Assembly (NCBI GenBank): GCA_964574605.1
Contig: CAZNOK010000037.1
Coordinates: 1 to 30,862, forward strand
Source: an uncultured Verrucomicrobiota bacterium
Lineage (GTDB): Bacteria > Verrucomicrobiota > Verrucomicrobiia > Palsa-1439
DNA length: 30,862 nucleotides
Direction: 5' to 3'
Shown here: positions 16,743 to 24,817 of the stretch, piece after piece
How positions within the stretch are numbered: the stretch's first letter is position 1
Layout of the letters: every line of letters starts with the position of its first letter
Notes under the pieces: model-generated
Told to the model about the DNA's origin: nothing
Databases searched by the model: none
Seen by the model: only the letters and a program-made list of their open reading frames with translations
Program-made: the position numbers and the translations under genes

Positions 16743-16782
16743 GTGGTTGATATTGCAACCATTGTGGTTGAGATATCAACCA
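16743..16782. promoter_or_regulatory. Tandem palindromic operator-like sites TGGTTGATATTGCAACCA and GTGGTTGAgataTCAACCAC, about 175 nt upstream of the GHL10 gene.
   Basis: Two adjacent dyad-symmetric sites share half-site TGGTTGA/TCAACCA, each with an AT-rich centre. They sit in the 255-nt gap between the activase stop and the GHL10 start. The second site is a perfect 8+4+8 palindrome. Confidence 0.45.
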
Positions 16783-16825
16783 CCACGTTCCGGTATTGTG
16801 ACGGAGCCGTGCCTGCTGGTCGTCC

Positions 16826-17731
16826 TTATCCCACAACATGGACGCCGCGCTCGCGCAGGTGGTCGTTCCACGACTTCATCGTCTCGCGCGAGGGCGGTTT
16901 CACGGTGTCGGGCAGCGCGGTGGTCAAGCCGAAACGCTTGAGCTTGGCGCGCCAGAGATCGAAATACGGTAGCAGTTCGACGCCGACAAGCTTCGGCAGC
17001 TTGCGCGACAACGCCACGATGCCGTCGAGATGTTCGCGCCGGGCGTTGCACTGCGGAATCATCGGGCAGCGCAACAGAATCTTTGCGCCTGCGTCGTGCA
17101 ACTGGCGGAGACGTTCGACGATGGTTTCGAGTTCGCGGCCGGTGAACTTCGCGTGGAGGTTCGGATCGGTCTCCTTGTAGTCGAACAACCACAAGTCCAC
17201 GACCTTCTTCAATCGTTCAAACACGTCCCACGCGGCGTAGCCCGATGTCTCAATGCAACAGTGGATGCCGCGGTTCTTCGCGGCGTGTAACAGATCCTCG
17301 GCAAACTCCGGCTGCAACAGCGGTTCGCCGCCGGAGAGCGTCATGCCGCCACCCGATTGAGTGTAGTAGTCGTTGTCGCGCAACACGACTTCGAGCGCTG
17401 CGTCCACGGTGACATCGCGTCCGACCATCTCCAGCGCCTTCGGGTCGCAGACGGACGCGCAAGCGCCGCTGTTCGTGCAGCGGGCGCGGTTGACAACCGC
17501 TTTGCCATCGGTGTCTTTCGTGAGCGCGTTTGGTTTGCAGACCTTGAAACACTCGCCGCAGGCGATGCACTTGTCAGGCAGGTAGGAAAGCTGCGGTTTC
17601 GGGTCAATGCTTTCCGGGTTGCTGCACCAGATGCAACGGAGTGGACAGCCTTTGAAAAACACTGTCGTGCGAATCCCCGGTCCGTCGTGGATCGAGAACC
17701 GCTGGATGTCGAAGATGCGCCCGACGCTCAT
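16826..17731 (-). CDS. Glycyl-radical enzyme activating protein (radical SAM, PflA family with two ferredoxin-like inserts).
   Basis: ATG at 17731 gives MSVGRIFDIQRFSIHDGPGIRTTVFFKGCPLRCIWCSNPES, which matches the GRE-activase signature F..GC.LRC.WC.NPE. It also has CIACGECFKVC and CTNSGACASVC clusters. It is 300 aa, has no signal peptide, and its start overlaps the upstream TGA (ATGA). Confidence 0.88.
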   Translation of the reverse strand: MSVGRIFDIQRFSIHDGPGIRTTVFFKGCPLRCIWCSNPESIDPKPQLSYLPDKCIACGECFKVCKPNALTKDTDGKAVVNRARCTNSGACASVCDPKALEMVGRDVTVDAALEVVLRDNDYYTQSGGGMTLSGGEPLLQPEFAEDLLHAAKNRGIHCCIETSGYAAWDVFERLKKVVDLWLFDYKETDPNLHAKFTGRELETIVERLRQLHDAGAKILLRCPMIPQCNARREHLDGIVALSRKLPKLVGVELLPYFDLWRAKLKRFGLTTALPDTVKPPSRETMKSWNDHLRERGVHVVG

Positions 17732-20346
17732 GGGATTGAAGTCTCCGCGCTGGCCGCCCAGTCGAAACGGACAACCACCACTCGCCGATTGGCCATGTCC
17801 GACACGTAGAGTTTGCCGTCGGCCTCGGCAAAGTCGCAGGCCACGGGACCTGCAAACGCGATTTCGGGGCCGATGCTGTCGCCGTTGCCGTAGGAGCCGA
17901 TTCGCGCGATGCGGTTGCCGGCAGAATCGAGCATTTCCACGGAGAACAACGTGGCGCTTGGCGCGAATACGCGCCCCCACAGGTCGGCGTCCAAATGCGA
18001 CGGCATGCACCGGCAACCGGGGTCGGGGCTGGGACCGTCAAGGCTCGTGGGGATGTTACCAACACCGCCATAGCGCCACTGGGCGCCGGTGACTTTGACG
18101 GTCCTTTCGAGGTAAGCCGATTTGTAGGTCGTCACGTTAGCGGGAGACTTTTCCAACTCCGTGCCCGGCGATGTCATCGGCGCGCCTTGCCTGCTGACTT
18201 TTTGTTGTCCGTACACGACACCGCCTTCCGGGCCAAACTTGAACACCGATCCCATGTGAAAGAGATATGGGTTCATGTAGATGTAACCCCACGGCGCTTT
18301 CTCCACCTTCTTCCGCCACCATGTCCAGTTGGAAACCGGCACTTGCCCGGCGAACTCGACCGGAAATGGCCTCTCGACGGGACGGATGTTCATGCCAACA
18401 TACAGATTGCCGTCGGCATCCACGCCGAGACCGGAATCCCCACCGCCGACTCCGGCCACCAGCCCGGCTTTTTTCAGTTTGCCGTCCGGCCCGTATTGAT
18501 CGAGCGAGGCACCGACGGCGTGGTTGACCGAGCGGATCACATAGATATCACCATTCGGAGCGACCCGGTGGCCGCGCAATCCCATGTCGGGACCGTAAGA
18601 CCGGAACTTCACCGGGATCTTGTTCGAGCCGGTGGCGGCAAAGGGCAACGGTTTGCCGTCCGGACTGTAACGCGCCAAGTGCGTATTCTCGTAGCCGTCG
18701 GTGCAATAAATGTTGCCAAGACTGTCCAAGGTGATGTCGCTTCCGGATAGGTTCAGGTGCGTCATCTTTCCGCTGGAGAGAGAGATCGCGCGGAAAGGCC
18801 GCTGATTTCGGATGACCAGATGTTCCTTGACGATAACCCGGTCTCGCGCGGGATCCGCAGCCAAGAAACTCGGTCCGACCAAGCCGCCGGTGTTGATGAT
18901 TGGCTGGCCGAGTGCAAACCTGCTGCCGTCAAACGCGACCGGCACCAGACGTTGTGATGGGGTTCTGATTGTCACCCAAAGTCGAGTAGGCGAATCGAGC
19001 GCCATCAGTTTCAATCCCGGCACTTCCAACTCAGCGAGCTTGTGGCACTTGCCTTCTTTCCACGGCGAAAATGCCGACAGTTTACCGGTCGGCGCTCTCT
19101 TCTCTGCGATTCGGGAAAGCACGAATATCCGCGAAGTCGCTGCGTCCACGCTGATTTGTTCAGGAGTCTCGACGCCGAATTTGCCCAACAGTTTTCCGTC
19201 TGCCGCGTAGATCTTGATGCGATGATTTCCACGGTCACACACGTAGAGGCGACCTTCTCTATCCACGGCAATGCCCTGCGGATCGTTGAACTCGTTTTCG
19301 CCGGCGCCGGGTTTGTCTTTGCCGAGCCACAGTTCGCCAAGTTTTTCGTCCGACCACTTCAGCCGATAGATGCCGTGCTTCCATATCTTCGTCTCGAAAC
19401 GACGCGTGGCGAAATGATGACTGAAGTAGATGTAATGGCCATCGGGACTGACCGCGAGGCGGTCCAGACCAACCGCCTCGCGTTCGCCGCCGCCGCCCAT
19501 GAACCCGCGCGCCTCAAGAATCTTCGGGCCGACAAACGGCACGCCCTCCGGCGCGCCACCGTGCGGATGAAACGCAATGAGATGACGCGGCGGACCATGT
19601 TCGCGCGCAGTGCCGGTGGAACTGGCAGCAATCAGGTATCCCTTCGGATGCACCGCCATCGTTTGACCGCGAATGCCGCAGACCAACGGATACACAGAAA
19701 AACTATGACCGCTGAAAAGAATCGGTGTTCGCCTGCCGTCCACCGTCAAGTGACCGACCGACTCGGTGCGTTCCTTGGGCGTGTTGGCCGGGTACGGCAT
19801 GATGGTGCGTAGATACTTGCCGTTCTTGTCGAGCACGAGCAATTCAGCCCGGCCAAACTTGGCTCCTTCCCCGTTCAACACGTAAAGCTCGCCATCCCGA
19901 CCAACCGTAATGGCCTCGATGCTGCCGACAAACGTGAGCGGCTCACGGCCCAGATATTTTTCCAGTTTCGCCTGCGATCCTGATCGCACCCGGACTTTGC
20001 AACCCCCAACAGCCACGGAACGACCAGCGTCGTCGCAACCGTTCCAGAAGAGTGTTTGCCTGAGCGTTCCTTTTTCCAGCGGCTTCGGCGCGTTTGGCCC
20101 CAGCAAACCGGCGGCCAGATGGCGGACAACGTTTCCGCGCGCATCAACTATCGCCACCTCAACATCCGTCGGCGCGGAGAGAGCAAATGTGATTTTCACC
20201 TGCCGCCCATCTTGAATTGCTCTCGGCGGCTCGGTAAAACGCGCTTCCAGTGTCTTGCGAACATCGAGCGGCGCCTCGATAGTTGGCTCGGCCAGCACGC
20301 GGCTCACCGCGAGCAATCCGGCAAACAGGATCGGTACGCATCTCAT
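17728..20346 (-). CDS. Secreted NHL-repeat beta-propeller protein of 872 aa (possible lactonase- or lyase-like).
   Basis: Signal peptide MRCVPILFAGLLAVSRVLA. NHL-type repeats are present, for example GRLYVCDRGNHRIKIYAADGKLLGKFG. ATG at 20346 overlaps the upstream stop (ATGA). Confidence 0.8.
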   Translation of the reverse strand: MRCVPILFAGLLAVSRVLAEPTIEAPLDVRKTLEARFTEPPRAIQDGRQVKITFALSAPTDVEVAIVDARGNVVRHLAAGLLGPNAPKPLEKGTLRQTLFWNGCDDAGRSVAVGGCKVRVRSGSQAKLEKYLGREPLTFVGSIEAITVGRDGELYVLNGEGAKFGRAELLVLDKNGKYLRTIMPYPANTPKERTESVGHLTVDGRRTPILFSGHSFSVYPLVCGIRGQTMAVHPKGYLIAASSTGTAREHGPPRHLIAFHPHGGAPEGVPFVGPKILEARGFMGGGGEREAVGLDRLAVSPDGHYIYFSHHFATRRFETKIWKHGIYRLKWSDEKLGELWLGKDKPGAGENEFNDPQGIAVDREGRLYVCDRGNHRIKIYAADGKLLGKFGVETPEQISVDAATSRIFVLSRIAEKRAPTGKLSAFSPWKEGKCHKLAELEVPGLKLMALDSPTRLWVTIRTPSQRLVPVAFDGSRFALGQPIINTGGLVGPSFLAADPARDRVIVKEHLVIRNQRPFRAISLSSGKMTHLNLSGSDITLDSLGNIYCTDGYENTHLARYSPDGKPLPFAATGSNKIPVKFRSYGPDMGLRGHRVAPNGDIYVIRSVNHAVGASLDQYGPDGKLKKAGLVAGVGGGDSGLGVDADGNLYVGMNIRPVERPFPVEFAGQVPVSNWTWWRKKVEKAPWGYIYMNPYLFHMGSVFKFGPEGGVVYGQQKVSRQGAPMTSPGTELEKSPANVTTYKSAYLERTVKVTGAQWRYGGVGNIPTSLDGPSPDPGCRCMPSHLDADLWGRVFAPSATLFSVEMLDSAGNRIARIGSYGNGDSIGPEIAFAGPVACDFAEADGKLYVSDMANRRVVVVRFDWAASAETSIP

Positions 20347-21419
20347 GGCAATTTCGTCAGCAACGATTTCAAGGCGGCTGTCATGGCGGCTTGATACCGC
20401 TCGACATCGGTCACGCGCAGGATGAACCGGTTCTTCGACTTAGGGTCTTTCATCCACTCCGTCACGCCGGCGGCAGAGCATTTCACGCGGACGGGTTCAA
20501 AGACAAACACCGGCTCGCGCTTGGATTCGAGCAGCGCGATCTCGCCGCTCTTCGTGACAGTTAACCCGGTAGCATGGAAAAATCCCGCCGTGCACCACAT
20601 GTTCCGGTCGCGATTGCCTTGTGCAGCGAGGCCGGCGACATCGTCCGGGGCAGTCAGTTGCCGGAGCCAAAGGCCATCAGGGATTTTTCCCCTAGCATAC
20701 ATGAACATGAAGAAGTTCTGCACGCGGTCCGACAGAAACGGAAGGATCTCGCTCTGGCGGAAACGATAGAACGAGCCGTATTCCGCGACGCGGGATGAGG
20801 TGCTGACAGTCTCGAAACACGGCAACCAATAGACAGGACACGGCGCGTTGAACATGGCGGCGTAGCTGGCGGGATCGAGTTTCACGTTCCACTCCAACTG
20901 GCGCGCCTTTACCGGGTCGGGCGTGCCGGAACCGGCATCGAGATAGATGGCGGCACATTGCCGCGCAAAAAGAGATGGCTCAAGACGCATTGCCAACGCC
21001 ACGTCGCGGCACGAACCAATCACGTGGATGGTCACAGGCCGCGGCGAGCGGCGCATCATTTCCAGAAACGCCCGCACTCCGGCCAAGTCGGCCGCAGCCG
21101 CGTCTGTTCGCAGTTCGTTTTCCGCCGGCACGCGCGGTGAGCCGACAACCAGGGGCACTGCCTTGCCGGTGATGTGGTTCATCTGTGCCACGGCACAGAT
21201 GTCGGGCGCATTAGAGCGGCCGGGCTGCGGGTAGTCAATCATCACACCGCGCAAATCCACCTTGTCCTGCCACGCCAGCGCATATTGCGTCGCCAAATCC
21301 CAGTGATCGTCCGGATCATTGTGTGGCCGGAACAAATCGGTCACGTGAAGCGTGGGCACCGGTGTCGCCCCTTCAGCAACCAAACAGGCGAACAAGAGAA
21401 TCAGAAATCGAAGAAGCAT
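20343..21419 (-). CDS. Secreted hypothetical protein, nucleoside-hydrolase-like (DUF1593-like?).
   Basis: 358 aa. Signal peptide MLLRFLILLFACLVAEG. The N-terminal motif LHVTDLFRPHNDPDDHWDLA is reminiscent of DUF1593/IUNH-fold proteins found in polysaccharide loci. Confidence 0.7.
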   Translation of the reverse strand: MLLRFLILLFACLVAEGATPVPTLHVTDLFRPHNDPDDHWDLATQYALAWQDKVDLRGVMIDYPQPGRSNAPDICAVAQMNHITGKAVPLVVGSPRVPAENELRTDAAAADLAGVRAFLEMMRRSPRPVTIHVIGSCRDVALAMRLEPSLFARQCAAIYLDAGSGTPDPVKARQLEWNVKLDPASYAAMFNAPCPVYWLPCFETVSTSSRVAEYGSFYRFRQSEILPFLSDRVQNFFMFMYARGKIPDGLWLRQLTAPDDVAGLAAQGNRDRNMWCTAGFFHATGLTVTKSGEIALLESKREPVFVFEPVRVKCSAAGVTEWMKDPKSKNRFILRVTDVERYQAAMTAALKSLLTKLP

Positions 21420-22271
21420 TTACTTCCTCCGTATTTGAAGCGTTTCCAGATCAACGTCCACCCACGCCGCCGAATCGTGGTTGCCCTTCGGGATTTCGTG
21501 ATACACGAAATTCTTCTTCCCCTTCATTGCCACCGCGATTTTCCGCGTCTCTGCCACGGGAATCAGTGGATCGTCTTCGCCCATCGTCAAAATGACCGGC
21601 ATCGTCAACTTGTCGGCGTGCGCCAACACAGAGCGCGCCCGGTAAAGTTCCGGTTTCTCCTCCAGCGAGCCGCCATACGCGGCGAACACCGTCTGGACAA
21701 GTTTCTGAAGCACCGGTTGCTCACTTTTCCGCGCGAACTCCAGTCGCGCGACGATGTCGCACATCCCCATCGCAACAACTCCGTGAATCTTCTCCGGATG
21801 CAACACCGCGTATGCCATCGCGCTGGATGCGCCGCCTGAGCCTCCCAGCAACACAAACCGTTTGCATCCGAGTTTGTCCCGGCAATGATCGAGCAAGCCC
21901 GTCAGATCCGCCGTCGCTGCCGGGCTCATATACGTGGTGCCGCGCGTATTGACCGACAGCAACGAATGACCGCCTTCTTGAATCCTGCTCAGCCAGAACT
22001 TACGGACGTCTTTGCGAGTGAAAATCTGGTCAGCGTAGGAGAACGATCCGTGAAGATAGACGACTGTGTTCTTGCTCGGGTCGCCGGGTAGGAACAGCGC
22101 CCAGTCCTCCGCGCCGTCGAACGCGTTGGTGAACGTGATCCGCATCGTTCCTTCCGGATACTCGGCCCCGCGCATCGCTGTCACCGACGTGACGGTTATC
22201 GGTTTGGGCTTCATCGGTTCGGCAGACGCGCAAACGGAAACACAAAGGGCCAATGCGAGGTGTTCCTTCAT
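21420..22271 (-). CDS. Secreted alpha/beta-hydrolase (esterase or peptidase-like).
   Basis: 283 aa. Signal peptide MKEHLALALCVSVCASA. The nucleophile-elbow-like motif LLGGSGGASSAMAY is present, with a C-terminal HEIPKGNHD (a catalytic His candidate). Confidence 0.8.
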   Translation of the reverse strand: MKEHLALALCVSVCASAEPMKPKPITVTSVTAMRGAEYPEGTMRITFTNAFDGAEDWALFLPGDPSKNTVVYLHGSFSYADQIFTRKDVRKFWLSRIQEGGHSLLSVNTRGTTYMSPAATADLTGLLDHCRDKLGCKRFVLLGGSGGASSAMAYAVLHPEKIHGVVAMGMCDIVARLEFARKSEQPVLQKLVQTVFAAYGGSLEEKPELYRARSVLAHADKLTMPVILTMGEDDPLIPVAETRKIAVAMKGKKNFVYHEIPKGNHDSAAWVDVDLETLQIRRK

Positions 22272-22278
22272 GTCTCAG

Positions 22279-23253
22279 TTAGGGTTTCTTAGTGCGAAGT
22301 TCGGCGAGGGAAACCTCGGCACCGCCCCGTTCCTTGCTGAGTTGGGCGGCGGTCATGAATTCGACGATCTCAAGGGTCTCCAACGGGTCCACCGGCACAC
22401 GTCCCGTGTGGAAGAACTCGGCCATCACCCGCACCAAGCCTTCGTAGCTGCTGCGACCTTTCGTTTGGGCCGAACCTCCTTCGCCCCAAATGCTGATCAT
22501 CGGAACTGACTTCCCTTTGACCGCGCTGCGATAAATCCCGATTCGCCCGTCTTTCCATTTGCCGGTCGTCACATCGGCGTCGCCATCCATCTTCCGCGTG
22601 ACGCTGACACAACCGCGCCCCAACACCGCATAGACGACCTCGACGCCGTGAATGCCGTAAAAAAACAAGTCGGGGTGATCCTTGAGGACGTTCAGCGGCG
22701 AACTGCCTTGGACCTTCGTGATTTTGCCCAAGCCGGGCGTCGTCAGCAGTTGCGGCAATTCAGGATGAAAACGGGATGACGAACAACTAAAGAACAGCGT
22801 GCCGGTCTCCTTCGAGAGTTGCACGATCTTTCGGGCGTCCTCCAAGCTGGCCGTCACCGGCTTGTCAATGAACAGACGTTTGCCGGCCTTGAGCACGGGC
22901 GTGGCCTGCGCCAGATGCGGCCGGCCATCCACGCTTTGCAGCAACACCACGTCCACTCGCTTCAGCAACTCCTCGATGCTCGGCACAATCTCGACGTTGT
23001 ATTTTTCCTGTAGCGTGGCGGCGAATTTTTCGAGGCGATCGGCGCTGGCAGGAATATCGGGGCTGCCGCCCTTGAATGCCGCAACCACCTTGATCTTCCA
23101 TTCCGGGTGCGACTGAAACAATCCGGCAAACGCCGGCACGTGCGAGGTGTCGGTGCCGATGACGCCCGCGCGAAGATCGCGTTTCGCCCAGTCGGGCGCC
23201 GGTTCTGCCGCGAGCACTGAGGTCGCGGCCAACATGAGTATCCAGAATTTCAC
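22279..23253 (-). CDS. Gfo/Idh/MocA-family oxidoreductase, Sec-secreted.
   Basis: GTG start at 23253, preceded by AAAGGAAA. Signal peptide (M)KFWILMLAATSVLAA. The Rossmann N-terminus reads LRAGVIGTDTSHVPAFAGLF and the C-terminal region is typical of Gfo/Idh/MocA proteins. Confidence 0.8.
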   Translation of the reverse strand: MKFWILMLAATSVLAAEPAPDWAKRDLRAGVIGTDTSHVPAFAGLFQSHPEWKIKVVAAFKGGSPDIPASADRLEKFAATLQEKYNVEIVPSIEELLKRVDVVLLQSVDGRPHLAQATPVLKAGKRLFIDKPVTASLEDARKIVQLSKETGTLFFSCSSSRFHPELPQLLTTPGLGKITKVQGSSPLNVLKDHPDLFFYGIHGVEVVYAVLGRGCVSVTRKMDGDADVTTGKWKDGRIGIYRSAVKGKSVPMISIWGEGGSAQTKGRSSYEGLVRVMAEFFHTGRVPVDPLETLEIVEFMTAAQLSKERGGAEVSLAELRTKKP

Positions 23254-23271
23254 GAGGTTTTCCTTTCGTTA

Positions 23272-24585
23272 TCAGAGTGGCCAGCCGGAGCGGTAGGTTT
23301 CCTTGATGAACCGGTCCGCCGCCGGACAATCCGCAGCCTTCATTTTCACGTGGTTCCACCGCAGCTTCTTCCCAGCGCGATACGCCACGTTGCCTAACAA
23401 CACCATTTCCGTCAACGCCGCGCCGTACTCGAAATTGCACGTCGTCGGGCCGCCACTCTTGCAGGCGTCCACCCATTCCCGGTGATGACCGACCGATGCG
23501 GGAATCGTCGGCGTCGGCTGGAAATCGCGGAACTTTGATTCGGGCAGCAATTTCCAGTTGGACAGATCGGCCGCCAACATCCCTTTATCGCCGACGAACA
23601 ACACCGTCGGTTTCCATTTGGCCATCTTCCATTCCGGCAGATTCTTCTCGTCGAGCGCCGCCGGCGGTGTTGCGCTGTGGTAAAAGTGCAACGTCACCGG
23701 CGGCATCTTGCCGCGCGCGGCAAACTCGTAACGAACCGTCATGCTTGTTGGCGAGGTCTCGGCGTGAACCGGCGGGCCTTTCGCCTCGATGCTGATCGGA
23801 TGGTTCAGGTTGAGCGCCCAGAATGGAATGTCCAGCGTGTGAACGCCGTTGTTGCCGGTCTCGCCGGTGCCGAAGTCCCACCAAAACCGCCATTTGTAGG
23901 GAACGTAATCCGGATGATACGGACGATAGGGCGCTGGCCCGAGCCAGAGGTCCCATTGCAAATGCGCCGGCACGGGAGGCGTGTCCGTCGGACGCTCGCC
24001 GCCGCCGCGACTGCCGCCGATCATCGCGTGCGCATCGCGCACCGGGCCGATGACGCCCGATTGAATGATCTCGACAATGCGGCGATGCGATTCCTTGGCG
24101 TGATGGTGCGTGCCCAACTGCGTCACCAGTTTTTTCTCCGCCGCAACCTTCGCCATCAGGCGGCATTCGTGGACATTGTGAGCCAGCGGTTTCTCGCAGA
24201 AACAATGTTTGCCCATCCGCATCGCCATCACGCTCGGCGAAGCGTGCGTGTGGTCGGGCGTGCTGACCACCACCGCGTCAATCTGACGGTCCATCTCCTC
24301 CAGCATCCGGCGAAAATCATAATACTTCTTTGCCTTGGGGTAGTTGACGTAGGCTTTGCCGGCGCGCTCGTCATCCACGTCGCAGAGCGCGACGACGTTG
24401 TCACCATAGCTGGCAATGGTCTTGAGATTCGCCGCGCCGCGTCCACCGAGGCCGATGAAAGCGATATTCAGCTTCTCATTGGGCGACTTTGTTTGCGCAC
24501 CAACAGCATGGCGCGCCGCCCACATTCCCGCGACCGTCGCGGCCGACCGCCGCAACATTTCACGACGACTGATGATGATGTTCAT
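23272..24585 (-). CDS. Gfo/Idh/MocA-family oxidoreductase with a Tat signal (GFOR- or GH109-like).
   Basis: ATG at 24585 gives MNIIISRREMLRRSAATVAGMWAARHAVGA, a twin-arginine signal. The Rossmann segment reads NIAFIGLGGRGAANLKTIASYGDNVVALCDVDD. It is about 437 aa. Confidence 0.85.
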   Translation of the reverse strand: MNIIISRREMLRRSAATVAGMWAARHAVGAQTKSPNEKLNIAFIGLGGRGAANLKTIASYGDNVVALCDVDDERAGKAYVNYPKAKKYYDFRRMLEEMDRQIDAVVVSTPDHTHASPSVMAMRMGKHCFCEKPLAHNVHECRLMAKVAAEKKLVTQLGTHHHAKESHRRIVEIIQSGVIGPVRDAHAMIGGSRGGGERPTDTPPVPAHLQWDLWLGPAPYRPYHPDYVPYKWRFWWDFGTGETGNNGVHTLDIPFWALNLNHPISIEAKGPPVHAETSPTSMTVRYEFAARGKMPPVTLHFYHSATPPAALDEKNLPEWKMAKWKPTVLFVGDKGMLAADLSNWKLLPESKFRDFQPTPTIPASVGHHREWVDACKSGGPTTCNFEYGAALTEMVLLGNVAYRAGKKLRWNHVKMKAADCPAADRFIKETYRSGWPL

Positions 24586-24603
24586 GATTTGCCCCACTTG
24601 AAT

Positions 24604-24674
24604 GTAGGGGCGCACTGCGTGCGCCCCGCTGCGACGAAGGAAACAACGGCGGGCGCACGCAGTGCGCCCCTACC
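24604..24674. repeat. REP-like hairpin pair C1: gtaGGGGCGCACtgcGTGCGCCCC, a spacer, then GGGCGCACgcagTGCGCCCCtacc.
   Basis: The GTAGGG/CCCTACC termini match copies A, B and C2, but the palindromic core is different. The two hairpins are inverted relative to each other (loops complementary). Confidence 0.7.
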
Positions 24675-24703
24675 AAGCTCGCTAGCACCTAGCAAATCCG
24701 CGG

Positions 24704-24777
24704 GTAGGGACGAGCCGCCGGCTCGTCCGCTTCGTTGACACGGCGACCGGCGGGCGACCCGGCGGGTCGCCCCTACC
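24704..24777. repeat. REP-like paired-hairpin element, copy C2 (same orientation as copy B).
   Basis: gtagGGACGAGCCgccGGCTCGTCCgc, a 21-nt spacer, then GGGCGACCCggcGGGTCGCCCctacc. It is near-identical to copy B, including a similar spacer (tcgttg...). It lies in the intergenic gap between the GRE stop at 24818 and the oxidoreductase start at 24585. Confidence 0.8.
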
Positions 24778-24817
24778 TGAACGGTGTGGGCGGTGTCAGT
24801 GTTGTTAAGCAACGCAC

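Noticed and set aside
16826-17731. The radical SAM protein as an anaerobic sulfatase-maturating enzyme (anSME), given the adjacent sulfatases.
   Set aside because: It carries the GRE-activase signature FFKGCPLRCIWCSNPE and two Cx2Cx2Cx3C-type ferredoxin motifs right after the SAM cluster. It is about 300 aa and has no C-terminal SPASM cysteines, which is characteristic of PflA-family activases and not of AtsB/ChuR.
2888-24777. The GTAGGG...CCCTAC repeats as a CRISPR array.
   Set aside because: The units are self-complementary hairpins occurring singly or in pairs at dispersed intergenic sites, in both orientations. There is no regular repeat-spacer periodicity and no cas genes.
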